From positions 100,733 to 164,732 of the forward strand of contig JAVBPY010000009.1 in the NCBI GenBank assembly GCA_031549345.1: a stretch of 64,000 nucleotides of DNA. Direction: 5' to 3'. The position numbers were made by a program, and so were the translations under genes. Each line of letters starts with the position of its first letter. The stretch's first letter is position 1. This DNA comes from Victivallaceae bacterium (GTDB lineage Bacteria > Verrucomicrobiota > Lentisphaeria > Victivallales > Victivallaceae). The notes under the pieces were generated by a model. It did not search any database, was not told the DNA's origin, and saw only the letters and a list, made by a program, of their open reading frames with translations. This document shows, one piece after another, positions 1-8,714 of this stretch.

Positions 1-569
1 CCATCTACATCGCCCGCGTTTCCCCCTTCAAGCGCCACGCCCTGACAGCAAACATCCGTTCTTTGCGTCTGATCGGCGCCCATAATCCCAAGGAACAAAA
101 GTACGTGGATGACATGCTGGAGCTCCTGAAATACGCCGCGTACAAAGAAAAAGTTTCCGCCTCCCGCATTCCTGCGGAAATCGCATCCGCGCGTTGCGGA
201 CTGTGTCTTTCGGCGGAAGAGGGCGCCATGTTCGTAAGTGCGGAATACCTCCTCTGCGGAATTCCTGTCGTGAATACGCCGAACATCGGCGGACGCGACT
301 ACCTCATCCCCGATTTTGCCGTTCAAACGGTGGAGCCGACTCCGGAGGCCGTTGCCGCCGCGGTGGAAGTCTTCTGCAAAAACCCGCCGGAGCCGCAAAA
401 AATTCGTGCGGCGACACTGGAAAAAATGCAGACATCACGCGCGGTTCTTCGCGCCCTTCTCCGGGAAATTCTTCCGGATGCGGATACTATCCGCCTTCCT
501 CACAAGCTGGCCCTTCGCTGCACGCGAATGCCCTGGGTGAATTTCTTTCACGGCTTGAAGCGCGGATAA
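1..569 (+). CDS. Glycosyltransferase family 1 (GT4-like), C-terminal fragment; gene starts upstream of the window
   Basis: Reading frame is open from the window edge; the track ORF 63..569 is only a TTG-started tail. C-terminal motif EGAMFVSAEYLLCGIPVVNTPNIGGRDYLIPD resembles the EX7E / Gly-rich donor-binding region of GT-B group-1 transferases. Confidence 0.55.
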   Translation, partial: IYIARVSPFKRHALTANIRSLRLIGAHNPKEQKYVDDMLELLKYAAYKEKVSASRIPAEIASARCGLCLSAEEGAMFVSAEYLLCGIPVVNTPNIGGRDYLIPDFAVQTVEPTPEAVAAAVEVFCKNPPEPQKIRAATLEKMQTSRAVLRALLREILPDADTIRLPHKLALRCTRMPWVNFFHGLKRG

Positions 570-590
570 AACGCCGCAGTCATTCGGCGA

Positions 591-1790
591 TCAGGAAGAG
601 AGAACGTTTCGGAGCACGTCTTCGGCATCCGCAAGACGTTTCAGCATCGCTTCCCGAACCGCAGCCGCATTGGCGCAAAACGCAGCGTCCCCTTCCAGGA
701 AACGAGGCACCTCCTTGCTGAGGGCCACGTAATCCGGCGCTTCGGTACTTCCGCAGGTGGGAAGCCCAAACGCGGCAAGCGACGTCGTAATCTTGCTCCC
801 GCGCGCGATGCCGATCCCCGGCACCAGGCGATTCAGGCCGAGAATCATTAAATGAAGACGGCTTGCCACGACCAACTGGCATTGCCCCACCACCGTCTGT
901 ACCTCTTCCGGTTCATGGAATCCGGCCAGAAGCAGCGAGCGTTCCGGGCGCGCAAACATCTTTTGAAGACGCGCCATAAGTTCATAGTCAGTGCGCGGAT
1001 TCATGGGAATCATTACCCACAAAATACGCGCATCCTCCTTTGCCTTCTCCTCCATCCAACGTGCCATGGCGGCAAGGTCCCGCACGGGACTTTGTGCCGA
1101 AATGCACAAGGCGATGCGTTTTTCCGCCGCAGCAAAGCGCTGCGCCTCTTCTTCGGAGGCCCACGGCAATTGGGAAACCCCCTCCAACAAAATAGCGGAA
1201 TCGGCCCCGACGCGCGCGTCGGGGAAAGGAGCGCATTTTCGAAGTTCCGCAAGAGAATCCGCGTCGCGCAGCACAATCAATTTGCATGTGCTTAATTCAC
1301 GGGCGATCACCTGGCGGATCTCCGCCGCCAAATATTTTTCCCAGCGGGGCAGAAGGTCAAATCCGAAAGCGCGACGCACAAAATCGCAAAGCATTTTCTT
1401 CTTGCCGCGAATGGTGAAAAAAGCGGGATTGAACGTGTCGTTCATCCCGACATTCCAGACAATCGTTTTCACTCCGCCGCGCCGCGCTCCTTCAAGAAGA
1501 CGGCAGCCCATCGCGGGATAATCCGACAGTCCCGTCGCTCCCGCCCAAACAAACCAATCGAAATCTTTGACAATTTCATCAAAGCCATCGATCGTAAGTG
1601 CCGGATCAAAACCATACGCGGGGAATGTTTTCACGCCGAATTTCCGTTCCGTCCCCTCCCTGTCGCGCGTACAAACCGCCAGTTCCGCCTCCGGCGCACA
1701 GCGTCGGAAAATACCGATCACGCAAGCAAGAATCGCCTCATCCCCAATGTTTTCACATCCCAACGGAATTCCGCCCAAAAGAATTTTCAT
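591..1790 (-). CDS. Polysaccharide pyruvyl transferase family protein (CsaB/WcaK-like)
   Basis: N-terminus MKILLGGIPLGCENIGDEAIL matches the GxxGxxNxGDEAI signature of PS pyruvyl transferases; ~400 aa; embedded in an EPS gene cluster; 4-nt overlap with the next gene. Confidence 0.65.
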   Translation of the reverse strand: MKILLGGIPLGCENIGDEAILACVIGIFRRCAPEAELAVCTRDREGTERKFGVKTFPAYGFDPALTIDGFDEIVKDFDWFVWAGATGLSDYPAMGCRLLEGARRGGVKTIVWNVGMNDTFNPAFFTIRGKKKMLCDFVRRAFGFDLLPRWEKYLAAEIRQVIARELSTCKLIVLRDADSLAELRKCAPFPDARVGADSAILLEGVSQLPWASEEEAQRFAAAEKRIALCISAQSPVRDLAAMARWMEEKAKEDARILWVMIPMNPRTDYELMARLQKMFARPERSLLLAGFHEPEEVQTVVGQCQLVVASRLHLMILGLNRLVPGIGIARGSKITTSLAAFGLPTCGSTEAPDYVALSKEVPRFLEGDAAFCANAAAVREAMLKRLADAEDVLRNVLSS

Positions 1791-3133
1791 GCCTGTACCA
1801 CCTTTTTAGGAGGCGCCGGAATGGAGTTTCTGCTTTTCCAGATAACCGCAATCAGCGCAAACATCAACATCGTCAAATAAAAATTTCCGTACTGTTTAAG
1901 GCTCCACTCCATCGTCGATTGAATATAGTTCGACGTCAGTCCGCAAAATATGCCGAGAATCATCCCGAAGCACGGCCTCTTCCGTAACGCGAAAACGCCC
2001 CGGAGCGCCATGATATAGTAATACCAGAACCAGACCAGAAGGGCAACCAGCCCCCCCCAGCCGCATTCCGCGGCGACGAGGAGATAGATGGTTTCCACAA
2101 TACCGCCCGAGTGGGGCGTTTCGTCGGTAACACGTACCGATGCGAACATTTCCGCGGCGTATTCGTTGCCCGGCCCCGAATATTCGCTGAAATTGTTGGC
2201 GCCGACGCCAAGCTTGAATTGGTTCGCCATACGTGTCGCCGCCAGAGCCAAAAAGATACGCGTATTTTTGGAGGCCTCCGGCGCCCGCTCAAAGCGGTGA
2301 ATAATACGCGGCGCGGCGATCATGAGAAGAATCCCCCCCACAATAGCTCCCGTCAGAATAAATCCAACCTTACGCGAAGTAAGTCCGTTCAAAAAGACGG
2401 AACCGATTGTAACCAGCCCAAGTCCCCCCGCATAACAAATAAGCCCTCCTCGCGAATAGGTAAAAATGGAGAGCGCAATCCCGGCGACGGATGTAAAACT
2501 TAAAAGTACCATCTGTGCCTTGCTTATCTTCTCGTTCAGGAGAACGCCGAGAATCACCGCACCGCACACGGCGATGTACAGCGAAAGAGAGTTCTGGTGG
2601 GGCATTGTGCTCGGGATCTGGTAATACCCTCCCTTGATGTACTTCTGGTACAATCCATAGAGGAACATGAAGATGACGATCCCGCAGATAGAGTAGATCA
2701 CGGACCAGAGATTGCGGCTGTTCAATAAAAAATTGTAGGCCGCCAGAAAAAAGATGAACATCCAGAACATCTTTACAACTTCAAAGCCCCATTGCGGTAC
2801 CCACATGGCATTGACAACGGAAAGGATGATCATGAACATATAGAGAAAATACGCCCAGGATCCCGCGGGAAAAAAGACTCTCTTGCTCCTTGAATCCAGC
2901 CAGGTCCCGCCAAGTACAATGCAGGCGAAAATGTCCACCATCGACAACGCGAAGCCGCGTGCCGTACCGGTCCACAGCGGCATGGGCGCGATGTGAATCA
3001 TCTGCATCCAGCAGGTAAAAAACAACATTCCCACAAACGCAAACGTCCGAACCCTCATGTTGTGCGACGCCAACAAGCTGCCCACAGGAATGATCACAAG
3101 AAAAATCAGGCAGAATGCGAGCGCCTTAAACAT
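1787..3133 (-). CDS. Wzy-type polysaccharide polymerase / O-antigen ligase-like multi-pass membrane protein
   Basis: 448 aa, about 10-12 hydrophobic helices with one large loop; positioned between pyruvyl transferase and Wza; no catalytic motifs beyond topology. Confidence 0.5.
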   Translation of the reverse strand: MFKALAFCLIFLVIIPVGSLLASHNMRVRTFAFVGMLFFTCWMQMIHIAPMPLWTGTARGFALSMVDIFACIVLGGTWLDSRSKRVFFPAGSWAYFLYMFMIILSVVNAMWVPQWGFEVVKMFWMFIFFLAAYNFLLNSRNLWSVIYSICGIVIFMFLYGLYQKYIKGGYYQIPSTMPHQNSLSLYIAVCGAVILGVLLNEKISKAQMVLLSFTSVAGIALSIFTYSRGGLICYAGGLGLVTIGSVFLNGLTSRKVGFILTGAIVGGILLMIAAPRIIHRFERAPEASKNTRIFLALAATRMANQFKLGVGANNFSEYSGPGNEYAAEMFASVRVTDETPHSGGIVETIYLLVAAECGWGGLVALLVWFWYYYIMALRGVFALRKRPCFGMILGIFCGLTSNYIQSTMEWSLKQYGNFYLTMLMFALIAVIWKSRNSIPAPPKKVVQA

Positions 3134-3139
3134 GGGGTG

Positions 3140-4183
3140 CTAATTCCAGTAGTTAATGTAGCCGCTCGGATTCCCGAAAGGACCGGCCATCATATTGATC
3201 GACTGGAGAGTCGGCATGATTTTACGTACCATAATGTTCCACTCGGACAAACCGTCCGGCGGGAAATAAATGATATCGTTGGCCTTCAGAGGGAAGTCCA
3301 TGGTTTCGCCGAGGAGCATTTTCTTGACATTGACCACGTAGACCTTCGGGTTCCGCATCCCCCCGCGGATGATTCGCACGTCGGCGCTGTGGGTCTCACG
3401 CAAACCGCGGGCAAAAGGAATCGCCTGAAGAAGCGTCATGCCTTCCTTGAACCCGACGTATGTCGGCTGCATCACCTCGCCGAGCAAAGCCACGTTGCTG
3501 TTCATCGTGGAAGGAATGTAGATATAATCGCGATTCTTCAGCGGGATATTGTGCAACGGGTCGCCTTCCAACAAGGCCTTTGTAAAGTCCACAGGCAAAA
3601 TTTCGCCGTCACGCGAAATATAAGCATTATCCAAATCCGCCAACTCCACCGTCGACCCATGGAAAAGGCCCTGTGCAAAACCGCGCGCTTCCGCAATGGC
3701 CTCGATCAAGCGCGTCTTACCGATCGAAATTGGATAAATCCCCGGATAATTCACGCGCCCGACAATTGTGTAGTTGTAACCGTTGATACGGTAGGGAATC
3801 AACGAAATGATCGGATTCCGCAAAAATTCGCTCAATTTTTCACGCATCAAATCCGTCGCTTCCACCAGCGTGAGGCCGCCGACGCAAACCGGTCCAATCA
3901 AAGGAGCGCTCAAGTAACCGTCCGGAGTAACAATGATCTGGAGCTGCGCCAACTCCGGATGTTCGTACACCGAAATATTGAACTGGTCGCCGGGGTTAAT
4001 CAGATACGGCGACGTATCGGGCTTGTGAAGCTCCTTGAGCCGTTCCGTAATGTCGTCCTGGTTGTTCGGTTCCACAGGAATGACATTGTAACGATTCGGA
4101 ACGCTCCAGGGAGCGAAAGTCCTCGATGTGCACCCGGCGCCCAGAAGAAGCACCGCCAATGCGGAAAATAAAAACTTCATCAT
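3140..4183 (-). CDS. Polysaccharide export outer-membrane protein (Wza/GumB family, Poly_export + SLBB domains)
   Basis: Lipoprotein-type signal (LLGAGC); motif PGDQFNISVYEHPELAQLQIIVTPDGYLSAPLIGPVCVGGLTLVEATDLM matches the Poly_export signature PGD...DG.I..P..G.V...GLT..E. Confidence 0.8.
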   Translation of the reverse strand: MMKFLFSALAVLLLGAGCTSRTFAPWSVPNRYNVIPVEPNNQDDITERLKELHKPDTSPYLINPGDQFNISVYEHPELAQLQIIVTPDGYLSAPLIGPVCVGGLTLVEATDLMREKLSEFLRNPIISLIPYRINGYNYTIVGRVNYPGIYPISIGKTRLIEAIAEARGFAQGLFHGSTVELADLDNAYISRDGEILPVDFTKALLEGDPLHNIPLKNRDYIYIPSTMNSNVALLGEVMQPTYVGFKEGMTLLQAIPFARGLRETHSADVRIIRGGMRNPKVYVVNVKKMLLGETMDFPLKANDIIYFPPDGLSEWNIMVRKIMPTLQSINMMAGPFGNPSGYINYWN

Positions 4184-6207
4184 AAGAGAAAACCCCTCTT
4201 GGATTCCTTCTTCATATTATAGAGAACGCTGAACATTTTTCCGCGCTTATCGGCGCCAAGACGATCAATGATCTTAAGCATATTCATCTTGGATGTTTTG
4301 CCAGCACATGCCGGCAGAATCAACATGTCCGCGAAATCGAACATATCGGAGAAAAGCTGCCAATGTTTTTCCGGCGCGAACGTTTCCCAAAGAATCACAT
4401 CGTAGCCGCTCATCGCCTCCCGGAACGTTTCGAGCTGCGGCAACGAGGGAGGAGTGAGAAACGCCAGGTCGTTCAAATGGAAATAGAGGGGCTGCTCATG
4501 ATTTCCCGCGGGAAGCTCATCGCCAAAACCGTAGACCATGTCGTTGATAAGGTACTTGGACTGCGTGGAGCTATCGGCCACATCCGCGTCCTTGATGACT
4601 TTGTAATTCAAGCTCTCTTTCACATAGAGAATTTCAAGGATATCCTTGAAGACGGTTTCGTCCATCTGCGTTTGCGCATCCGGCGCGGCGATCAGAACAA
4701 CGACAGGCCGGCGCGACTTCGGTTCCAGATAATTGCGCGCCGAGGTAACAACCTCCTGAAGCGCACTGTAGTAGCTCGCACGAATATCCACGCTGAAAAC
4801 CGGGAGAATTCCCAGAACGCGCAAATGCAACGCCTTTGTGATATCCACCTTGTTCCGGACCGTAAGGTTGAGAAGTTCGAGGAAGAGAACGATGAAGACA
4901 CCGAGTCCACTCCCGAAAAGCGCCCCGATGGCCGCGAACAAAAAAAGCTGACGAGGAATCGGTTCTTTCGGCGGCTGCGCATTCTCGTACGTAACCACGT
5001 CCGTATAGGAGCGCGCCATGAACTGTTTCAAACTCAAATGAAGCGCTTCCTTCTGAAGGAGCAAATCCTTCTTTTGCGCAATTTGCTCACGGAGCAAATT
5101 CATCTGCGGCGTGAGGACGTCCATCAGTTCCTTCTGACCACGCAACGCGGTCAATTTTTCTTCACCGTCTGCGGTATCGGAACCTCCCGTGGCGGAATAT
5201 TCCCCACGGACGCTCATGCTGGCATATTCCGCTTTGACGCGGGTCAACTCGCTTTGCAGCGTGACATACTCGGGATTCGGTCCTTTGACCTCTTTGGAAA
5301 GCGTGTCGTTGTTTTGCGCCGCCTCTTTTTCGAGGGCCGCCACAAGTTTACGCTGGTTTTCGACAATGGGATTTTTATCCGTATACGTCTGAAGATGCGA
5401 TTGGAGGAGGAGGCGTTCGTTCGCCAAACGCTTATCCCCGGAAGGATCGCGCTCGGTATACATCACCTTTTCCGCCGGCGTATTTTTCAGCTGGTTTTCC
5501 AATTCATCAATCCGCCTCTTGGTGGCGGTGCGGTAAAACTCGCCGAGGAGAAGGCGGTGCTTTGCAATATCACCCTTGAGTTCGGCGATATGCGCCTCAC
5601 TCCCCTTCAAGGTTGCCTCGGTACTCTTCTGAACCATTTTCTCGTACTCGGCGATAAAAGACTTCGCCACCGCATTGGCCATATCCGCCGAAAGCTGCGG
5701 ATCCTTGGACACCGCCGAAATAAAGAAATAGTTGGAATTCTTCTCCGCGCGGCGGACGTCGATGCTGTTGTACATCTGGCTGTGATCCAGATCAAGATTC
5801 AGGAGCCGGGCGGCGGCCATCAAACAGGCGTGCCCGCGAATCATATTGAACATCACGTTCATCTGCATCGGGCTGTAGTTGATCGGAAGATCGCTGTGGC
5901 GAATATCGGCGACCTCCTGGCGCACCATGGCGCAACTGCTCGTATACAATCTGGGCGAGCGGTACAAACGGTACCCCAGCGACGCGCCCGAACCCAGAAT
6001 CAACAGTAGAAGAATAACCCACCAGCGGCGCAGTAGTGCGCGATACCAGCAACTGACATCGCGAATTAACACATCCATGCGATTGATGCTTTTAGGGTCG
6101 AGAACAACTTCCGTTTTCACAGAAGGAATCTCTCCGGTTTTGCCCAAGTTCATCCCTATTTCCCCTTCTATGTCCGCTTCATGAAATTGCGGAACCAAAT
6201 TCCGCAA
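4180..6207 (-). CDS. Polysaccharide co-polymerase / chain-length determinant (Wzz-Wzc/GumC/ExoP-like) with degenerate C-terminal P-loop domain
   Basis: Two TM segments flanking a long coiled-coil periplasmic region (Wzz architecture). The C-terminal domain aligns positionally with a BY-kinase but has AAPDAQTQ where the Walker A GK[ST] is expected and lacks a Tyr cluster. Confidence 0.6.
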   Translation of the reverse strand: MRNLVPQFHEADIEGEIGMNLGKTGEIPSVKTEVVLDPKSINRMDVLIRDVSCWYRALLRRWWVILLLLILGSGASLGYRLYRSPRLYTSSCAMVRQEVADIRHSDLPINYSPMQMNVMFNMIRGHACLMAAARLLNLDLDHSQMYNSIDVRRAEKNSNYFFISAVSKDPQLSADMANAVAKSFIAEYEKMVQKSTEATLKGSEAHIAELKGDIAKHRLLLGEFYRTATKRRIDELENQLKNTPAEKVMYTERDPSGDKRLANERLLLQSHLQTYTDKNPIVENQRKLVAALEKEAAQNNDTLSKEVKGPNPEYVTLQSELTRVKAEYASMSVRGEYSATGGSDTADGEEKLTALRGQKELMDVLTPQMNLLREQIAQKKDLLLQKEALHLSLKQFMARSYTDVVTYENAQPPKEPIPRQLFLFAAIGALFGSGLGVFIVLFLELLNLTVRNKVDITKALHLRVLGILPVFSVDIRASYYSALQEVVTSARNYLEPKSRRPVVVLIAAPDAQTQMDETVFKDILEILYVKESLNYKVIKDADVADSSTQSKYLINDMVYGFGDELPAGNHEQPLYFHLNDLAFLTPPSLPQLETFREAMSGYDVILWETFAPEKHWQLFSDMFDFADMLILPACAGKTSKMNMLKIIDRLGADKRGKMFSVLYNMKKESKRGFLL

Positions 6208-7574
6208 AATATCTTGATATTCAGTTTAAAATTCGTATTGTATGCATAATAGAGTTCATCCATCTCACTTTGCTGCGGATCTTTTTCACTGCCCATGTAT
6301 TCGGAATAAGAAAAAATCCCCGGCGCATAGTCCGGAAATTGCAGCAACGCGCTTGCATTGTCGGGAGTGGCCTCCATGATCCGGTTGCCGATCAAACGGA
6401 GGTGTCCCGCGACAACCAACGGAAGGAGGTGGTAACGGTCCAAACTCAACTTCCTGAAATAATACCCCGCCAAACTCCGGCTAGGCAAAAGATAAAGGTG
6501 CAACGCAAGTTTGCGCGTCCGCTGCTGATTCATGAAACAATCAATGAGCGTCGTCTTCACGCGCAAAAACGGGCGCAAAAGGAGAAAGGGGAACGTGGCG
6601 AGCACGAGCAACAGGAAAGCACAGATGCGCTGCTTCACAGGACACGGCCAATACCCCCCTTTTACCAGCTCGGTCAGAACAAATTCATCGACGATGTCCA
6701 GCGCGAGGCCGCTCGCCGGATCGATCACGTAGTTCTTGTAGACGATTTTTCCATCGAGGCCGGAGTAGCGCCCGACGTATGAATTCCCCATGATGATGGT
6801 GTTGGTTACCGTGGATTTTTCGTCAATCACCACGTTATCGCCGATGATGACACCGGGGCCCACAACCACGTCGTTGCTGAATTGAATTGAATTTCCCAGA
6901 ACGACCGGCGCACTGACTTGCGCGGTCCGGGGAATGGAAACGTTCCGCCCGATCACAAAATTCGAATGGTCGCCATAACCCGGCAGATTGTAGTTCCGGT
7001 TCTGCTCGTACACAATACGCATACACTGATGGTAGAATGTCAACAAGGAGTCCATCGGCCGGAAGGGGACGAAACCGTCGTCGTTTTCCGGAGAATCCAA
7101 TTCGAAAATCGCCGATTCCAGAAGATTTTTTCCGATCAGGAGCCACCCCTCGTCGGGGGAGGACAAAGAACCGCGCAAAACGCTTGATGCAACATGGACC
7201 GGCTCGATCTTCTCCTGGTGGTAATCCAGCCAGAGGAACCCGGACAGAATCAAAAGGTTGTCGCCGCGACAGAAGGAGATGTTCTTCTCCACAATGGACC
7301 GGAGCGAGCTATCCGGCGTTGTGGCGGCAAAGGAGATACGGATGCCGTAACGGCTCCCGTCGCCGAGCACTTCATACATTTCCTGGGACGGGTCATCCGT
7401 TACAACGCGCACATCGTTTATCTTATTCAGGATACAAAATTCGATCAAAAACTCGATGTAAGGTTTGTTCGCAAATTTAAGGAGATACGGCGGAATGCCG
7501 GGAAAGAATTCTCTTACCCAGGCCGCGTGCTTTCCAGGACAGTTGATGATGCATTTCATATCAGTATGCTCCAC
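6168..7574 (-). CDS. Nucleotidyltransferase-fold + left-handed beta-helix (hexapeptide) protein with C-terminal hydrophobic extension; degenerate sugar-1-P nucleotidylyltransferase-like
   Basis: N-terminus has the overall NTP_transferase layout but lacks GGxGTRL (NCPGKHAAW instead). Central hexapeptide repeats (IGRNVSIPRTAQVSAPVVLGNSIQFSNDVVVGPGVIIGDNVVID). C-terminus has one TM helix plus a tail with weak PGI..Y.EY.G resemblance to sugar-transferase motifs. Overlaps the sugar transferase gene by 14 nt. Confidence 0.4.
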   Translation of the reverse strand: MEHTDMKCIINCPGKHAAWVREFFPGIPPYLLKFANKPYIEFLIEFCILNKINDVRVVTDDPSQEMYEVLGDGSRYGIRISFAATTPDSSLRSIVEKNISFCRGDNLLILSGFLWLDYHQEKIEPVHVASSVLRGSLSSPDEGWLLIGKNLLESAIFELDSPENDDGFVPFRPMDSLLTFYHQCMRIVYEQNRNYNLPGYGDHSNFVIGRNVSIPRTAQVSAPVVLGNSIQFSNDVVVGPGVIIGDNVVIDEKSTVTNTIIMGNSYVGRYSGLDGKIVYKNYVIDPASGLALDIVDEFVLTELVKGGYWPCPVKQRICAFLLLVLATFPFLLLRPFLRVKTTLIDCFMNQQRTRKLALHLYLLPSRSLAGYYFRKLSLDRYHLLPLVVAGHLRLIGNRIMEATPDNASALLQFPDYAPGIFSYSEYMGSEKDPQQSEMDELYYAYNTNFKLNIKIFCGIWFRNFMKRT

Positions 7575-8310
7575 GCCCGGTGATGACCGCGGGAATGGTT
7601 TTCAGAAGAATCAGGACGTCCTTCCAAAAACTCTGGCTGCGAATGTACTCCTTATCGAGCAGAACCTGCTGCTTAAAAGGAATATCGCTGCGGCCGGAGA
7701 TCTGCCAGGTGCACGTCAGCCCCGGACGGACTTGAAGGCGTTTCCGATCCTCCAGCGTGTACAAGTCAACCTCTTGCGGGAGCGGCGGACGCGGCCCGAC
7801 AAGACTCATGTCACCGATGAGGACGTTGATAATCTGCGGAAGCTCGTCAATGCTGTATTTGCGAATGAAACGCCCGCAACGCGTAATACGCGGATCGTTC
7901 TTCATCTTGAAAATCACACCGTCGCCCGACTCGTTCTGGCGATCCAAGGCCTTCCGGCGGGCGTCCGCGTCGATGTACATCGAACGGAACTTATAGAAAT
8001 TGAAGTGACGCCCGTTGAAACCAACGCGCACCTGTCGATAAATCAACGGCCCGCGTGAATCTATCTTAATCCAGAGAACCATAAAGAAAAGAAACGGAGA
8101 AAGGAGAACCAAAAGAGCCAAACTTCCCACAATATCAATAAAACGCTTCAGGAAATAAGAACTCTTGATGGTGAACTCCCAGACACGAATCTTGAAAGCG
8201 GCCCGCGTCTTCTTGCCGGCCGCTCCCCGATTCAGGAGAAAATTCAACAACTCGTCGGACGCAACATCGTCCGGCGAAATCTTGATTCTCGTTGTCTTTT
8301 CACGCCTCAT
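7561..8310 (-). CDS. Undecaprenyl-phosphate sugar phosphotransferase (bacterial sugar transferase, WbaP/EpsL C-terminal-domain type)
   Basis: [23 protein letters not shown]...[25 protein letters not shown]...[24 protein letters not shown]...[13 protein letters not shown] are the canonical motifs of this family. Confidence 0.85.
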   Translation of the reverse strand: MRREKTTRIKISPDDVASDELLNFLLNRGAAGKKTRAAFKIRVWEFTIKSSYFLKRFIDIVGSLALLVLLSPFLFFMVLWIKIDSRGPLIYRQVRVGFNGRHFNFYKFRSMYIDADARRKALDRQNESGDGVIFKMKNDPRITRCGRFIRKYSIDELPQIINVLIGDMSLVGPRPPLPQEVDLYTLEDRKRLQVRPGLTCTWQISGRSDIPFKQQVLLDKEYIRSQSFWKDVLILLKTIPAVITGRGAY

Positions 8311-8336
8311 TGCGACACTACTCCAGATAAAAACAA

Positions 8337-8672
8337 TCAGGCGTTGCTCGCCACAACCGCAGCCTCGACACTGTCGTAAATATCAAAGATGCGATGCGCC
8401 TTGGTGATCTCGAAAATCATCCGGGGCTTGTTCTTCAAATTGGCAAGCTTCAGCGTGCCCTTGAACTCATTACAGCTCTTCAGACAGAAAACGATCACGC
8501 CAAGACCGGTACTGTCCAAATACTCAAGATTTTCCAGATCGAAAACAAAGCGGCGGTTGGTATTGAAAACTTCCAGAAACGCGGTACGCAACGATTCCGC
8601 GCTCTCCGCGGAAAGGCGACCGACAATTTCCATAATCGCCACATGATTCTCGATTCGTGTTTTTACTTCCAT
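8337..8672 (-). CDS. STAS-domain anti-sigma-factor antagonist (SpoIIAA/RsbV-like)
   Basis: 111 aa; FDLENLEYLDSTGLGVIV is the STAS core, with a conserved Ser/Thr in the DSTG context. Confidence 0.75.
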   Translation of the reverse strand: MEVKTRIENHVAIMEIVGRLSAESAESLRTAFLEVFNTNRRFVFDLENLEYLDSTGLGVIVFCLKSCNEFKGTLKLANLKNKPRMIFEITKAHRIFDIYDSVEAAVVASNA

Positions 8673-8714
8673 AATCGCAACTCCTCTTTACATTATGCTA
8701 AAATCGCATTGAAT

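Noticed and set aside
4363-6009. 548-aa plus-strand ORF, and similarly 2993..4171, 8394..9437, 9486..10721, 13289..14311, 36352..37317, 38182..38979, 40106..41083, 41966..43054, 46956..49322, 57237..59084
   Set aside because: All lie antisense or out of frame to genes with clear family motifs (Wza, Wzc, TPR, Cls, lipoproteins, glycosidase, ABC permease, SecA). They are Arg/Gly/Pro-rich, typical of spurious ORFs in 60% GC DNA, and have no recognisable domains
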